Part shown: positions 55,805 through 64,000 of the stretch, piece after piece | Layout: each line of letters opens with the position of its first letter | Numbering within the stretch: position 1 is the stretch's first letter | NCBI GenBank assembly: GCA_965223545.1 | Contig: OZ245006.1 | Span: 6,208,001-6,272,000, forward strand | DNA: 64,000 nucleotides | DNA from: Planctomycetota bacterium | GTDB taxonomy: Bacteria; Planctomycetota; UBA1135; UBA2386 | Direction of reading: 5' to 3' | The notes under the pieces: model-generated | Databases searched by the model: none | What the model was told of the DNA's origin: nothing | What the model saw: the letters and a program-made list of their open reading frames with translations, nothing else | Translations under genes and position numbers: made by a program

Positions 55805-58615
55805 ATGAAATGCATGGGACTCGCGGCCTGTGCGCTGACGTTGACCGGCGCGCATGCCGTGGCGCAGCCAGGCGCGGTCACTCCGCCGCAGGACTTCTTC
55901 GGTCACGAGATCGGCGCCGATCATTTCCTCGCCAACTACACCCAGCTGGTCGACTACTGGCGGCTGCTGGCGTCGGAGTCCGACCGCATGGTGTTGGAGG
56001 AGATCGGCACGACCGGCTACGGCCAGACCATGTGGATGGCGGTGATCTCCGCGCCGGAGACCGTGCGCGCGCGCGAGCGCTACCGGCGGATCTCCGCTCT
56101 GCTGTGCGGCGCGCGGGAGCTCGACGCCAGCCAGGCGGCCGAACTCGCGCAAGAAGGCAAGGCAGTCGTGTGGATCGATGGCGGCCTGCACGCGACCGAA
56201 GCCGTAGCGGGCCAGAACATCCTCGAGCTGGTCTACGCCATGGTCAGCCGCGACGACGCCGAAGTGCGGCGCATTCTCGACTCGGTGGTGCTGCTGGTGT
56301 GTCCGGCAAACCCGGATGGAATGGAGCTGGTGGCGCGGACCTACGGCGTCAGCCAGAGGGTCGGCGGGCTGCCCGTGCTGTACCAGCGCTACTGCGGCCA
56401 CGACAACAACCGCGACTTCTACATGTGCAACACCGTGGAGGCGCGCGCGATCAACCGCGTGCTCTACCGGCGTTGGTTCCCGCAGATCATCTACAACCAC
56501 CACCAGACCGCGCCGCGCGGCACGATCCTCTTCACGCCGCCGTTCCGCGATCCGTTCAACTACCAGTTCGATCCGTTGGTGGTGCGCGGCATCGATCTCG
56601 TCGCGGCGCACATGAATGGCCGGTTCACCGCCGAGGGCAAGGCCGGCGTGATCTCGCGCGGCGGCGCGTCCTACTCGACGTGGTGGAACGGCGGTCTGCG
56701 CACGACGGCTTACTTCCACAACATGATCGGCATCCTGACCGAGGCGTTCGGCTCGCCGAACCCGACGCGGGTGCGGCCTTCGCTGGCGCGGCGGCTGCCG
56801 TCGGGCGACTATCCGCTGCCGATCGAAGAGCAGCCGTGGCACGCGCGGCAGACCATCGAGTACCTGCAGACCGCCAACTTCGCGATCCTCGACTACGCGG
56901 CGCGCTACAAGGACGAGCTGTTGCTCAACATCTACCGGATGGGGCGCAACTCGATCCGGCGGGGCAGCGGTGATCACTGGACCGCGACACCGCGTTTGAT
57001 GGCCGAGGCGCGGCGCCGCCGGTCGGCCGGCGGCGACGGTGAGGATGGTGGCGGGCAGCCGAGCGGCGGCGCCGAGGGTGATGCCGAGGGCGACGGCTCG
57101 GCGGGACAGGGAGACGCGCTGATCGACGCCTTCGCCGATCCGGCGTTGCGCGACCCGCGCGTCTACGTGATGCCCAGTGACCAACCCGATTTCCACGCCG
57201 CGACGCGGCTGGTCGATGCGCTGCTCGCCAATGGGGTCGAGGTGCACCGCGCGACGGCGGAGTTCGCGGTAGACGGCCGCGCCGTGCCGGCGGGATCCTG
57301 GGTGGTGCAGTGTGCACAGGCGTTCCGCCCGCACGTGATGGACATGTTCGAGCCGCAGTGGCATCCGGACGACACCGATGCCGCTGGGCAGCCGGTGCGG
57401 CCGTACGACAGCGCGGGTTGGACGCCTGCCCTCACCGGTGGCATCGAGGTCCTGCGCGTGCGCGACGCGTTGAGCGGTCCGTTCGAGCTCGTGCAGGAGG
57501 CCGCGGTTCAGGCTGGCGCGGTCTCCGCCGGTGGCGCCGGCTGGCTGCTCGACGTGCGTCAGACGGTCGCCTTCGCTGCCGTCAACCGCCTGCTGGCGGA
57601 GGGGGTCGAGGTGGGCCGCGTGCCGGCGGCGGTCGGCGAGGGAGCCGAGCAGCTGCCGGCCGGCAGCTGGTTCGTCAAAGCCGCCGCCGACGTCGAGGTG
57701 CGGCTGCGCCAACTCGCCGCCGAGCTCGGCGTCGACGCCCGGGGCGTCGACGCGGCCCCGGCGGGTGTGCGACCGCAACGGGCGCCGCGCGTGGGACTGG
57801 TCGATGTCTACGGCGGCAACATGGCCACCGGATGGACGGAGTGGGTACTGACCGAGTACGGCTTCGCGGTGGAGCCGGTGTTCGGGGCGCGCCTCAACGA
57901 GGGCGAGCTCTCGCGCGACTTCGACGCCCTGGTGTTCGCCACCGGCTTGCCCGCCGCCAGCCGGGGCGAAGCCGTGCGCCGGGCGTTGCGCTCCCCGCGG
58001 CCGGCGGCCGAAGTGGACCTCGAGGAGCTTGCCGCGGCGCTGCCGCCGTTCGAGGACTGGTCCGACCTGGCGGCGCGGCGCGAACGCGTCGATGTCGAGC
58101 GCGCCATTCCCGCGCTGCGCGCGTTCGTCGATGGCGGCGGCGCGCTGCTCGCGCTCGGCGGCCAGGTCGGTGCCGCCATCGCGCACCTCGAGCTACCGGT
58201 CGAAGAGGGCGTGTACGTCACCGATGACGATGGCGGGGAGCGGCGGCGCGCCCGGCGCTCGGAGTTCTTCGTGCCGACTTCGGTGCTGCGCGCGCGGATC
58301 GAGGACCGGCACCCGTTGGCGCGCGGCGTCGCCGCCGAGTTGCCGGTCGTGTTCCGTCGCGGTGCCGTCCTGTGGCCGGAGTCGGACGCCGTCGACGTCG
58401 CCGTCCGCTACGCGGAGGAGGACTTGCTGATGAGCGGCTGGGCAGTCGGTGCCGAGCACCTGGCAGGGGCGGCGGCGGTGGTCAGCGTGCGTCGCGGCGA
58501 AGGGCGGGTGCACCTGTTCGGTGCCGATGTGATCTTCCGTGGCCAGCCGACTGCCAGCTTCAAGCTCGTCTTCAACGCGTTGCTCGATTCGGCGGCGGCC
58601 CGGCACGTGGAGTGA
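55805..58615 (+). CDS. Secreted M14-family zinc carboxypeptidase-like protein
   Basis: WIDGGLHATE, NPDG, GHDNNRD, YNHHQ; C-terminal GATase-like region (GWTEWVL, FVDGGGALL). Confidence 0.9.
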   Translation: MKCMGLAACALTLTGAHAVAQPGAVTPPQDFFGHEIGADHFLANYTQLVDYWRLLASESDRMVLEEIGTTGYGQTMWMAVISAPETVRARERYRRISALLCGARELDASQAAELAQEGKAVVWIDGGLHATEAVAGQNILELVYAMVSRDDAEVRRILDSVVLLVCPANPDGMELVARTYGVSQRVGGLPVLYQRYCGHDNNRDFYMCNTVEARAINRVLYRRWFPQIIYNHHQTAPRGTILFTPPFRDPFNYQFDPLVVRGIDLVAAHMNGRFTAEGKAGVISRGGASYSTWWNGGLRTTAYFHNMIGILTEAFGSPNPTRVRPSLARRLPSGDYPLPIEEQPWHARQTIEYLQTANFAILDYAARYKDELLLNIYRMGRNSIRRGSGDHWTATPRLMAEARRRRSAGGDGEDGGGQPSGGAEGDAEGDGSAGQGDALIDAFADPALRDPRVYVMPSDQPDFHAATRLVDALLANGVEVHRATAEFAVDGRAVPAGSWVVQCAQAFRPHVMDMFEPQWHPDDTDAAGQPVRPYDSAGWTPALTGGIEVLRVRDALSGPFELVQEAAVQAGAVSAGGAGWLLDVRQTVAFAAVNRLLAEGVEVGRVPAAVGEGAEQLPAGSWFVKAAADVEVRLRQLAAELGVDARGVDAAPAGVRPQRAPRVGLVDVYGGNMATGWTEWVLTEYGFAVEPVFGARLNEGELSRDFDALVFATGLPAASRGEAVRRALRSPRPAAEVDLEELAAALPPFEDWSDLAARRERVDVERAIPALRAFVDGGGALLALGGQVGAAIAHLELPVEEGVYVTDDDGGERRRARRSEFFVPTSVLRARIEDRHPLARGVAAELPVVFRRGAVLWPESDAVDVAVRYAEEDLLMSGWAVGAEHLAGAAAVVSVRRGEGRVHLFGADVIFRGQPTASFKLVFNALLDSAAARHVE

Positions 58616-58625
58616 GCGTCGGCTG

Positions 58626-59855
58626 GTGCTCGGCTCCGACGCCATCGCGCTCGACGCCTGGCGCGCGCTGCGCGACGGCAAGCACGAGGGGCTGCTGCGC
58701 GAGGTCGGCGCAGCCGAACGCGTCACGCCGGCCCGCATCGCCGGCTGGCGCAAGACGTACGCGGCGGCGGTGGTGTCTGCCGCGGTCGAGTTGTGGCGGG
58801 CGCGCCGGCGCGCGGTCGGCAAGTTCGGTTCCGCCGCCGTTGGGTTGTGGGCCGACCTGGCCGCGGTCGAGCAGGCCAGCAGTGACGCGGTGGCGCGACA
58901 CAAGGCCGGTCGGTTCGCCAGCGCGGGCAGCGGCGTCGTCCACGACCTCTGCTGTGGCATGGGCGGCGACGCGCGCGCGCTGGTGCGCATGGCAAGCGTC
59001 GTCGGTGTCGACCACCACCCACTGCGCGCCTGGATGTGCCGGGCGAACGCCGGCTGTCCGGTGGAGGCTGCCGACGCGGTCGACTATTCGGCCGCGAGGG
59101 TGACCGGCGGGGACTGGCTGCACATCGACCCGGCGCGCCGCGACGAGCGCCGGGGAGCGCGCCTGCACACCCTCGAGCGGGCGCAGCCGCCGTGGGCGGC
59201 GGTGTTGTCGGTGTTGCTGCGCGCGCGCGGTGGCGCGTGCAAGCTCGGTCCCGGCGCATCGCTGCCGTTGCCGGTGCCGGGCGAGGCCGGGGCCGCCGCG
59301 CGCGACGCGCTGCAGCGGGCCGAGCTGGAGTGGATCGAGGAGCGCGGCCGTCTGGTGCAGACCGTGCTGTGGACCGGCGAGTTGGCCAGGGCGCCGGGCG
59401 AGCGCCGGGCGACCCGACTGCCGGCGGGAGATTCGCTGCTCGGCCGCCCCGAGCCGTTGGCGCTCTGCGCCGCGCCCGAGCGGTGTGCTTGGCTGATCGA
59501 GCCTTGCGCCGCCGTGGAGCGCGCCGGCCTGCTTGGCTGCGCGCTGCGGCAGGCCGGTGCCGGTGCCGCCGAGCTCGCGGGCGGGTTGGGGCTGCTGGGG
59601 GCGGAAGCGCCGGTGCGCTCGCCGTGGTTCGCGAGCTTCGAAGTGTTGGCGGTGACCGCTCCACGCCTGACCCGGTTGCGCGACACCCTGTCGGCGCTCG
59701 ACGCCGGCGAAGTCGTGGTGCGCACGCGCGGCGGGGCAGCGGACGTCGCGGCATGGGCGGCGCGGCTGCGCGGCGAGGGTGCGCGCCGCGTCGTCGTGTT
59801 CTTTCTCCGCCTGCAGCGCAAGGTGCGCGCCTTCGTCTGTGCCCCGTCTCGCTGA
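58626..59855 (+). CDS. Class I SAM-dependent methyltransferase with THUMP-like C-terminus
   Basis: EQASS, DLCCGMGGDA, IDPARR, KLGPG; start uncertain. Confidence 0.85.
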   Translation: MLGSDAIALDAWRALRDGKHEGLLREVGAAERVTPARIAGWRKTYAAAVVSAAVELWRARRRAVGKFGSAAVGLWADLAAVEQASSDAVARHKAGRFASAGSGVVHDLCCGMGGDARALVRMASVVGVDHHPLRAWMCRANAGCPVEAADAVDYSAARVTGGDWLHIDPARRDERRGARLHTLERAQPPWAAVLSVLLRARGGACKLGPGASLPLPVPGEAGAAARDALQRAELEWIEERGRLVQTVLWTGELARAPGERRATRLPAGDSLLGRPEPLALCAAPERCAWLIEPCAAVERAGLLGCALRQAGAGAAELAGGLGLLGAEAPVRSPWFASFEVLAVTAPRLTRLRDTLSALDAGEVVVRTRGGAADVAAWAARLRGEGARRVVVFFLRLQRKVRAFVCAPSR

Positions 59856-59971
59856 GCGCGCCGCACGCCGGGTCGCGGAGTTGTTCAACGTCGCGTGGGC
59901 ATTGCGACGATGACTGACGAGGTGTGGTGGCCCCGAGGCCCCCATCGACGACAGCCAGTGAGGTGAGACCC

Positions 59972-61678
59972 ATGTCGGAAATCGCGACACCCGGTGTGCG
60001 CGGCGAAACGGTCGATGCTCGTGAAGCGGCAGCGGCAACCGAGGTTGCCCGCCGGCTGAACGCCGCCCACCGCGCGTTCGCCACGCTGCCTCCGTACCAC
60101 ATCCACGTGCAGGCGGCGATCGACGACCTGGACCGGGCACTGCGCACCTATCACGGTGATCACGGGGTCGCGGTGCGCTTCGAGCGGCGCGGCACCGAGC
60201 TCCTGTTCTCGGGCGAGGTGGTGGCGTCGGGGGACCGCAAGGAGTCGTCGCTGGCGTACACGCTCGCGCAGCACGGTGTCCGCTCGCTCGAGCTGCAAGC
60301 GGGCATCGACCGCCGCGAGGTGCTGCAGCTGCTCGAAGCGCTGTCCGTCACCCCGACCGGTGCCGACGCCGACGACGACCTGGCGCTGGTTCTCTGGGAG
60401 CGGCTGTGCGAGCACATCGCGGTCGAGGTGGTCGCACCGGCGCTGAACGAGGCGTTCGCCGCACCCGAGCCGACGGTGGTCGACGTCGGACCCGGCGAGC
60501 TGCGCCTGCGGTTGGCGGGTCGTGCGCGCACGCTGCCGGCGCCCGAGGGCCGCCCGGTGATGGCGGTGGAGGGCGAGCCTGCGCAGGTCGGAGCCCGCGA
60601 TCTGCTCGAGCTGCGGGTCCTGGCGACGCGCGAGGCGGGCGAGGCGGCGATCGACACCGCGGTCGAGGGTGTGCTGCGCATGGCCGGCGTCGCGTCGCGG
60701 CCAGCGACGGCGCAGCAGGCGTTGGAGCTGATCCGGGGCTCGATCGAGCGGCTGTTGCGGCGGCGGGCGTTTGCCTCCGCCCGGCGACTCGCCGAGCAGC
60801 TGCGCACCGCGCAGCAACGCGCGGAGCTGCCGGAGGAGTGGTTGCGCGAGGTCGCCCGCGTGCGCGTCGCGCTGGGCGAACCGCGGGCGATGGCGCCGGT
60901 GCTGACCCACCTACAGAGCGGCGTTGCGCCGCCCGACGCCGATCTGATCGGCTACCTGCGGGCACTGTCCCGCAACGCCGCGGCCCCGTTGTTCGCCTGC
61001 TTCCGGGCGGGACACCACAGCGAAGCGCTGATCCCCGCGCTGGTCGAGCTGGGCGGTGTGGCCGCCATCCAGGTGTATGCCGCCGAGCTGCAGTCCGACC
61101 GCAGCAGCCAGGTGATCGCGGCGATGCGTCTCCTCCTGGCGATCGACCCGCGCGCCAGCGCGCGCGAGCTCATCGCGCAGCTGCGCCACACCGATCCGCT
61201 GGTGCGTGAGGAGGCCCTGCGGGCGCTGCCGCGGATCGGCGACGAGCGCGTCGCCGCGCGCGCCTTGGCGGCGGTGACGGATCCCGCCCGCGAAGTCCGC
61301 CTGGTGGCGCTGGAGCTACTGTCGCGGTCGCCGGCGGCGGCGGCATTCGACCCGCTGATGGAGCTGTACGAGCGTTCGGCCAAGCAGGAGCTCGCCGAAT
61401 CCGAGGAGGTCGCTCTGCTCGAAGCGCTGGCGCATTGTGACCCGGAGCGAGCCGCGCACGTGCTCGGCGCGATGTTGCGCAAGCGCGGATGGCTGCCCGG
61501 CCGGCAGCTCGTGTCCGACCAGCAGCGACGCGTCGCGCGCGTGCTGGCGCGAGTTCCCTACCCTCCGTGCCGGGCGGTCGTCAACCAGCTGGCCAACGGT
61601 CCCAAGCCGGGGCCGATCCAGGCGCTGTGCGCGGCCGCCATCCTGGAGCGGGGCAGTCATCCGAAGGAGCAGCCATGA
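59972..61678 (+). CDS. HEAT-repeat protein
   Basis: LRHTDPLVREEALRALPRIG, DPAREVRLVALELL repeats. Confidence 0.8.
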   Translation: MSEIATPGVRGETVDAREAAAATEVARRLNAAHRAFATLPPYHIHVQAAIDDLDRALRTYHGDHGVAVRFERRGTELLFSGEVVASGDRKESSLAYTLAQHGVRSLELQAGIDRREVLQLLEALSVTPTGADADDDLALVLWERLCEHIAVEVVAPALNEAFAAPEPTVVDVGPGELRLRLAGRARTLPAPEGRPVMAVEGEPAQVGARDLLELRVLATREAGEAAIDTAVEGVLRMAGVASRPATAQQALELIRGSIERLLRRRAFASARRLAEQLRTAQQRAELPEEWLREVARVRVALGEPRAMAPVLTHLQSGVAPPDADLIGYLRALSRNAAAPLFACFRAGHHSEALIPALVELGGVAAIQVYAAELQSDRSSQVIAAMRLLLAIDPRASARELIAQLRHTDPLVREEALRALPRIGDERVAARALAAVTDPAREVRLVALELLSRSPAAAAFDPLMELYERSAKQELAESEEVALLEALAHCDPERAAHVLGAMLRKRGWLPGRQLVSDQQRRVARVLARVPYPPCRAVVNQLANGPKPGPIQALCAAAILERGSHPKEQP

Positions 61679-63042
61679 CGTTGCAGTTGCGCGAGAGTCG
61701 CCTGACACCCGCCGCCACCGAGGCCGTGGCCGACGCCGGTCGCCTGCGGCGGCACGGACCGCTGGTGGTCGCCAACCTGCTGGCCGCCCTGCGCGGCGGC
61801 GAGCAGGCCTCGACCGGGTCCGCGGTCGTCGCCCGGACGCTGCGCGAGCTGATCGGCCGCGGCGAGCACCTGCAGCTCGACGTGGCGGAGCGCGGGGTCG
61901 AGGTCGGTGGGTTGCGGCTGCGCGTCGCCGCCGCAGAGGCGCGCGAGCTGGGCGATCGGTTGGCGGCGTGCGGCGTGGCGCGCGTCGAGCTGGCGCGCAC
62001 GACCTCACGCGCCGACCTCGATGCCTTCGCCGCTTCGTGTCGCACCAAGGACACCGTCGACGGGACCTTCGGGGGATTGCGCGTCACCGCGACGTTCGCC
62101 ATCGGCCCCGAGGCGGGCGAGCAGCCGGCGGTGGAGTCAGCTGTCTCGGCGAACGACCCGTCGGAGAGCGTGTCCGCACCCTCTTGGATGCAGTTGGCGC
62201 TGCGGGCATACGACCGTCTGGTCGCGGTGCACGGCGAGGCCCGCGTGCGCGATCGGCACGGTGAGCCGCTGCCGGTGCGCGCGGCAAAACACGCACTGCG
62301 CGAGGTCGTCGACGTGCTGTGTCACGACGACAGCCGTTTGTTGGCGGTGCTGTCCGTACCGGACGTGCGGTTCGCCCCCGGTCTGGCGCCGGTGCGTATC
62401 GCGCTCCTCACCACCGCTCTCGGAGTACGTCTCACCACGCCGCCGAAGGGTCTTGCCGAGCTCGGCGTAGCGGCCTTGTTCCGCGACTACGCCTCGGCAC
62501 CGGCCCCGGATCCGTACGGAGTGCCGCGCGAGCTGCCAGGCCTGTTGCGCGGTGCATCGCTCGGCGACGCCGCCGCCCGCGCCCTCCAGCTGGCGGTCGA
62601 GCTGGATCAGGCCGAGGCCGGGGACTTCACGCCGCGTTCGATGTTCGCCAACGTGATCGCGGTCTGCACGGAGTACGACCGCAGAGTGTCGTGCAGCGCT
62701 GACGGTCAGCCATTGGTCGAGCAGGTCTTTGGCACGATGCTCGAGCAAACCGGCAACGCGGGCGTGCGGCGCTTGATCCTCATGCTGCGCCAGCTGCTCG
62801 GCTGCTTCCCGCCGGGGAGCATCGTGCGCCTGGCCTCGGGTGCGTTGGCCGTGGTCGTGCGCTCCGGCGCGGCGGCGCCCGACCGGCCGCTCGTGCGCAC
62901 ATTGCTCGACGCCGAGGGCCAGCCGATCGACGCCTTGGTCGATGTTGCACAGGGAGAACGTGGCGGCGCCGAGGCGGTGGTGGCGACCGTCGCGGCGGAA
63001 GAAGTCGGCCTGCGCGGGTTCGAAGTCCTCGGTCTGCTCTGA
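61675..63042 (+). CDS. Degenerate HD-GYP-like protein
   Basis: ELGVAALFRD in place of LLHD; VIAVCTEYD; C-terminal LGCFPPGSIVRLASGALAVV; ATGA overlap with HEAT gene. Confidence 0.7.
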   Translation: MTLQLRESRLTPAATEAVADAGRLRRHGPLVVANLLAALRGGEQASTGSAVVARTLRELIGRGEHLQLDVAERGVEVGGLRLRVAAAEARELGDRLAACGVARVELARTTSRADLDAFAASCRTKDTVDGTFGGLRVTATFAIGPEAGEQPAVESAVSANDPSESVSAPSWMQLALRAYDRLVAVHGEARVRDRHGEPLPVRAAKHALREVVDVLCHDDSRLLAVLSVPDVRFAPGLAPVRIALLTTALGVRLTTPPKGLAELGVAALFRDYASAPAPDPYGVPRELPGLLRGASLGDAAARALQLAVELDQAEAGDFTPRSMFANVIAVCTEYDRRVSCSADGQPLVEQVFGTMLEQTGNAGVRRLILMLRQLLGCFPPGSIVRLASGALAVVVRSGAAAPDRPLVRTLLDAEGQPIDALVDVAQGERGGAEAVVATVAAEEVGLRGFEVLGLL

Positions 63043-63063
63043 CGCCGAGAACTCGCGCGACGC

Positions 63064-64000
63064 TCAGCGGCCGGTGGCGGGGGGTGCGGCTAGGCTGCCC
63101 AGAGGCAGCCAGACCCCGCCGTCGTTGCGGAGCCGGTTGCCTCCGAAGGCCTCGCCGAGCGCGCGCGTGCCCATGTGGAACACGGCGTAGGCGTCGGGGC
63201 CTTCGCTGCCGCTGTACTGCTGGTGTTCGTTGTCGGACTCCATCACCTGGCCCTCTTGGGTGATGGCGAACACCTTGTTGCCGCTCTGCCCGCGGACGGC
63301 GGGCCATGCGTACGCAACCCAGAACTGCTCGGCGTTGGACGCGTCCGGCGCGGAATCGTCGGCAGTGCCGATGCCGCCGCCGGCCTGGGGGCCGTCGGTG
63401 ACCGCGGCGACCGCGGTCGGCAGCCACAGCTGGAAGACGTATCCGCCTCGTTCGACGGTGCTATCCCGGAGCGCCAGCGGGACGCGCAGCAGCTGCTCGA
63501 TCGGTGCGCCGGTGGCCTCGCCGAATCGGTCCCGCAGCCGGGCACTGCCGGCCAGCTCGCCGAGGAAGCAGTACTCGCCTTTGCCGTCGTCGTCGACGTC
63601 GACGTAGGCGCGCTCGCGGGCGATGGCCTGGGCGCGCGCCAGCTCGTTGAGCACGATGACCGCCTGCTTCTCGCCGGCGGCCATGCGCATGGACTTGATC
63701 TCGCTCTTGGCGGCGGTGACCTCATCGGAGCTGAGAGTGCCGTTGCCGTCGGTGTCGGCCTCGCGCAGCAAGCGCTCGCCGATCGCCATCACTTGCCGCG
63801 CCCGCCCGCCGTGCAGCTGGCGGCGGGCGACGTCGGTGTTCGGCGCCAACGTGATGATGGTCTCCAGGCTCTTGCGGAACCGCTTGCCCGCCTGCGGATC
63901 GAGCTGGTGGACGATGGCGTCGACGCTCTGCGCGAAGGACTCCATCGTCCGGCTGTCGATGCGAGCCGGCGGCTGCGCTTGCGCCGCTGCCACGGTCGTG
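63064..64000 (-). CDS. DUF2950/pilin-globular-like protein with EF-hand-like loop (5' end beyond window)
   Basis: DTDGNGTLSSDE; AQA...DVDDDGKGEY; GYVFQL; YAWPAVRGQSGNKVFAITQEG; frame open to window edge. Confidence 0.65.
   Translation of the reverse strand, partial: TTVAAAQAQPPARIDSRTMESFAQSVDAIVHQLDPQAGKRFRKSLETIITLAPNTDVARRQLHGGRARQVMAIGERLLREADTDGNGTLSSDEVTAAKSEIKSMRMAAGEKQAVIVLNELARAQAIARERAYVDVDDDGKGEYCFLGELAGSARLRDRFGEATGAPIEQLLRVPLALRDSTVERGGYVFQLWLPTAVAAVTDGPQAGGGIGTADDSAPDASNAEQFWVAYAWPAVRGQSGNKVFAITQEGQVMESDNEHQQYSGSEGPDAYAVFHMGTRALGEAFGGNRLRNDGGVWLPLGSLAAPPATGR

Noticed and set aside
221..63725. Long overlapping ORFs such as 221-2329, 5262-7277, 13443-16142, 48595-50652 and 55544-58186
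   Set aside because: Arg/Ala/Gly-rich shadow frames antisense or out of frame to well-supported genes, expected at this GC content.
1..64000. Genome-wide UGA reassignment (genetic code 4 or 25) as the cause of the two in-frame TGAs
   Set aside because: Many well-recognised genes here end at TGA exactly where the family ends (permease, ku, hydratases, ypfJ, selO), often in ATGA/GTGA overlaps, so TGA is a normal stop.
1..64000. tRNA-Sec, selA, selB, selD or cytochrome c maturation genes
   Set aside because: None recognised in this window; they must be sought elsewhere in the genome, so the selenoprotein and cytochrome calls lack local confirmation.

Overview
GC-rich bacterial chromosomal window of about 50 genes. 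Gene style (many signal-peptide proteins, a sulfatase, a recurrent C-terminal domain, a pilin-like DUF2950-type protein) suggests a Planctomycetota lineage; this is inference only. Four things stand out. (1) Two exported thioredoxin-fold genes are each split in the ORF track by an in-frame TGA at the redox site: a TlpA-like U-G-P-C protein (17459-18607) and a selenoprotein-N-like protein (38383-39465). Both carry the same GC-GGTC-GC hairpin downstream of the TGA, a candidate shared SECIS. (2) A complete-looking porin-cytochrome extracellular electron transfer locus (4296-15464): NapC/NirT-type cytochrome, beta-barrel, 13-heme cytochrome and two enlarged decaheme OmcA/MtrC-like lipoproteins. 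(3) A roughly 100-130 aa C-terminal domain is shared by at least five unrelated secreted proteins and may be a sorting signal. (4) A family of about 90-bp structured repeats sits at gene 3' ends, plus a perfect 41-bp inverted repeat and a paired operator palindrome. No rRNA, tRNA, CRISPR array, transposase or integrase was recognised. All calls are by-eye motif recognition; no database search was run, and several start codons were re-chosen from the ORF track.
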